Assembly: GCF_003704095.1 (NCBI RefSeq)
Contig: NW_020844837.1
Location: forward strand, 124,001 to 188,000
Reading direction: 5' to 3'
DNA: 64,000 bases
Origin: Pocillopora damicornis
Taxonomy: Eukaryota
Shown: one piece after another, positions 60,602 to 64,000 of the stretch
How the letters are laid out: the number at the start of each line of letters is the position of its first letter
Position numbering within the stretch: the stretch's first letter is position 1
Program-made: the position numbers and the translations under genes
Notes under the pieces: model-generated
What the model was told of the DNA's origin: nothing
Databases searched by the model: none
What the model saw: only the letters and a program-made list of their open reading frames with translations

Positions 60602-63600
60602 TCAATCCTTGTCGTAAATTGGTGTAGTAAAATTTGAATACCAGTTCCTCTCAAACACAGCTTGCAGCTGCGCACGCACATTGCTGCTATTTCCCGTTTC
60701 GTTGATGACGTAACCGATGCCACCGGTGTACAGAAAGTAATCCGCTGACCAGTTGGACGTACCGATGTATGCCACACTCTCAGTGACCATGTATTTGTTG
60801 TGGTTCACCCGGGTGAAAGGGATCTCTTTCGTGTAAGGTGGCACAGAGTATAGCCTCTGTTGACGTAAATGTAGAGAGAAAAATATTGTCTAGTTCTTGA
60901 CTCATAAAGGCGGAACTTATTTTTCAGTAGTTACCGCAGTAGACTCAGAGCAAATGTAACCGCTATTCCCCCGCACTCTCCCAAAACTTGTGATTGGTCA
61001 ACAAGCAACGTGAGAAAACGTGTAAGTAGACTTACTTTGTCTCTCGGTACGTGCGCTTTGATTGGTCACATTACACAGTACGGCCGCCATATTCAAAAAT
61101 ATTTTCAATTGAAATCTTCCTCCTCTAATCGAACCCAGAGACATAATGAACATTCTACTAACCTTGTTTTATCGGTTCGCACTTTAAGTTACAGAACATC
61201 GTTTTTCTCACTTGGATTTGTGACCCGTGCGCTTCGCGCTTTGGGCATGAATGAATGCGAGTGGAAAAAATCAAGTCCATAACTCACAGTACAGAGTAAG
61301 AAAACGTGGTCAGTAAAAGGTATGTACCAGGGGAGTTATTTATAACCAGATACCACAGAAATGTCTTTAAGAAACGAGGAAAAAAATCAGTTATTACCTG
61401 ATACTGCACTTACCACTTGGACATAAGCATCATTAGCATAGTTCAAAGCAGCCAGGGATCGAAGGTAGTTTTTCATATCAGATCGTGTGTGATTCCATAG
61501 GCTGGCCATCAGTCGCACATGTACTTTACGATCAAATGCTGCTCGTCTTAAAGCGTCATCTATAACTGGCCAATAACTAATGAAGAATATATTTTTTTTA
61601 ATGTCAACGATTTCAAGTGAATCCGTCTTTCTTAATCAGTGCTCAAGTTGTTATCAACCGTGGATATGGAGTTTGAATTTTTACGCTGCCGCCGAACGAA
61701 ACCGTGTCTCTCGTTTCTTCTTAGGATCACTTAACTCCGTCTCACATTTCAAACGCAATATCACAAAAAGTTAGCTCTTGATGATTTTTAAAGGTATCAT
61801 GTGTTAACTGAAGGTAAAATATGAATATGAGAATAAGCTCAGGAGTGTGTCGCATTATGTTGTACACAATCTAGTGCGAGAATTGCCTAGTTTTTATTAT
61901 CTTGCCCTAGGAACCATTTGGCTAATTTGGCAGCCAAAATGAGAAAAATAAGCCCTGAACTTTACGGGATTGATGCTCTCTAAAATCTTGAGAACTAATT
62001 CGCATTAAAAAATAAACTCCTACGCCAAGTTGTTCAAAGGATGATAACGCTATCCACGGATAAATCGCTATCAGGCGGATAACTGTTATCCGGAGGTATT
62101 ACCCTATTCAATAGATATCGATTTATCCAAAGGATAGCGTTATCCATCCCGCGAACAACCAAGGCCTGGGAACTAGAGTACAGTGAAACATTACAAACAT
62201 GGTTGATTAAGAGGGAAAAAAAATGAACTCACGTTCTTTGACGTGTATACAAAGTTGTTGGAAAATAATCCATCACAGAAACAAAAACAAACTTTGTGGC
62301 ACTGTCAATAACTCGTATTATGGCTGACAAATCATCAGTACGACCAGGTGGACAAAACTTGGGTGGAGAAGAAGACAAATATACTGAAGCTGCATTGGAA
62401 CCATTGAATTTTATTTGAGCCGGAGAATCTGTAAAAAGAATGAAAAAATTGTGTGGAAAAATTAAAACTGAACAGTGTTGGATTCTCTCTGATAGAGTCA
62501 AACCATGTCAGCACTTCAACTCTCGTACAGAAGCTGCCTAGCAATTACCCTGCAAACAATACACCTTAACACCCTAACATCAGAATGCATATTCTCCCCA
62601 CTGTTCTCTATACATTTCCTAAGGTGCTGAGGTGATCTTTCTTTTATTGTCTTGATCACAATTTTTTAATTCAGGGTTGATATTAGAAGGAGAAATTAGA
62701 TACTAATCACTCTTATTGGTCAAATGGTTAAGAATCTCTAACACCAAACCTAAGGAACATACCCCTGCAGGGTTTCAAGCTTTAATATATCAAATATCAC
62801 ATCAGCAGTCATATCTCAATAGGATATTTTGATCTCCAGATATTAGAATGTAACTACAATGGGACTGCCCAAATCCTTGAGCCTAAGTTAAAAAGTGGGT
62901 TAGGTTAGTGGTCTGGGCACTTACCAACATTAATGGTTGTTTGGTACTTTTTTGGCCAGGGATTTGGGATCTTTGTGTCTTTTGCTAGGTCCCAGTATAC
63001 CTCAAATATTTTGCTCATATCATTTGCCATGAGACTGCAGTTGTAGGTGATAAGGCCAAGCTCTTGCACCTAAACATTGACAGAACTGAAGTATGGTCAG
63101 CTTCAAGTCTAAAACAATGAAATGACATTGAAATGTGACACAGAAACCTGCCATACAAAAAAAGTGATAAAAAGTGGACAGGAAAATGGATCACACATAA
63201 AAACTGGAGACTCACTCTCCAGTAGAAGCCCAACCTGAAGCCTTCAAGTTTTAGTTAAAGGGTGGGGTGGAATGAGGGGGAGATGGGGGGGGGGGGGNNN
63301 NNNNNNNNNNNNNNNNNNNNNNNNNNNNNNNNNNNNNNNNNNNNTTTCTTTACCTACATGTGAATAAGCAAGGGCTTTCTCAGTATTACTCTGATAAACT
63401 TCAGAGAGAAAAAAATCCTTGAAAGCAATTCTTACTCAGATTAAAAGTATTCACTGAGCTGTACCTGTGTGAGTGCTCTCCAGTCCTGATTTGCACTGCC
63501 AACATAAAAGTGTTTACCATCAACAAGCCACATCTTAGTGTGCAAGATTCCACTGCCAACCAGACGTGTTATGTTTAATGATCGTACATCTGCAAGCCCT

Positions 63601-63676
63601 TCCTTGGAAAGGATATTTGTGTCTATCTGGGGGAAGGCATCAGTAGGAGGTGTCTGTACAATTCGGATTTTAACAC
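60602..63676 (-). CDS. PLD3: Phospholipase D3/D4-like 5'-3' exonuclease, 3' five exons; 5' exons lie upstream or outside the window
   Basis: Exons 63676-63465, 63069-62925, 62428-62233, 61576-61414 and 60856-60602. HKD1 LHTKMWLVDGKHFYVGSANQDWR, SSSPPKFCPPGRTDDL, YWPVIDDALRRAA, HKD2 variant VNHNKYMVTE..AYIGTSNWSADYF. Confidence 0.9.
62023..62167. mobile_element. Foldback MITE in a PLD3 intron
   Basis: gttgttc..gataacgctatccacggataaatcg / cgatttatccaaaggatagcgttatc..gaacaac. Confidence 0.55.
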
Positions 63677-64000
63677 CTTGAAGGCAAAACAAGAGGTAGA
63701 ATAAAAAAACAGAATATCAAAGTTTTGTCTTTAACTTGGTGCTAAGTATTAGTAGATCAATTATACTTAACAAGAATTGAGTACCACGCCAGGTGTTCTG
63801 TACCTCACTTGCATGTGAAGGCCACCCCCATTACATTTGGCCTTAAATGGGAAAACATACTGTCATGACCTAAGTGTTACAGCGAGCTTGTTGATAGGTT
63901 CATGATAGGTGATTTAGGATTATTGATTGTGAGATCAGAATTGCTGGTGAGTTGGAAGAATAAAAAGTGTACATCGAACTAGTGTGATTGTTTGTTGCAA

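Overview
AT-rich, intron-dense animal genomic DNA with four N-gaps. Gene content and repeat families suggest a scleractinian coral, probably a Pocillopora-like 'robust' coral (inference). Genes in order: two tandem RDH8/HSD17B1-like SDRs (-), RANBP3 (+), an intronless WD40-SOCS box gene (+), a 16-exon fungal-type ATP phosphoribosyltransferase (HisG/HIS1, +), ALG6 (-, with a probable U12 minor intron), an intronless carbohydrate sulfotransferase (-), AK3 (-) head-to-head with PUM3 (+), an orphan mucin-like type I membrane protein (-), and the 3' part of a PLD3/4-like gene (-). Introns and intergenic DNA carry many TTAA-flanked piggyBac-like MITEs, other foldback elements and Penelope-like retroelement pieces with minimal hammerhead ribozyme motifs. 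The standout is the HisG gene: it encodes the first step of histidine biosynthesis, which most animals lack, and it is invisible in the ORF track. Exon models were assembled by hand from splice signals and recalled protein motifs; no database search was run.
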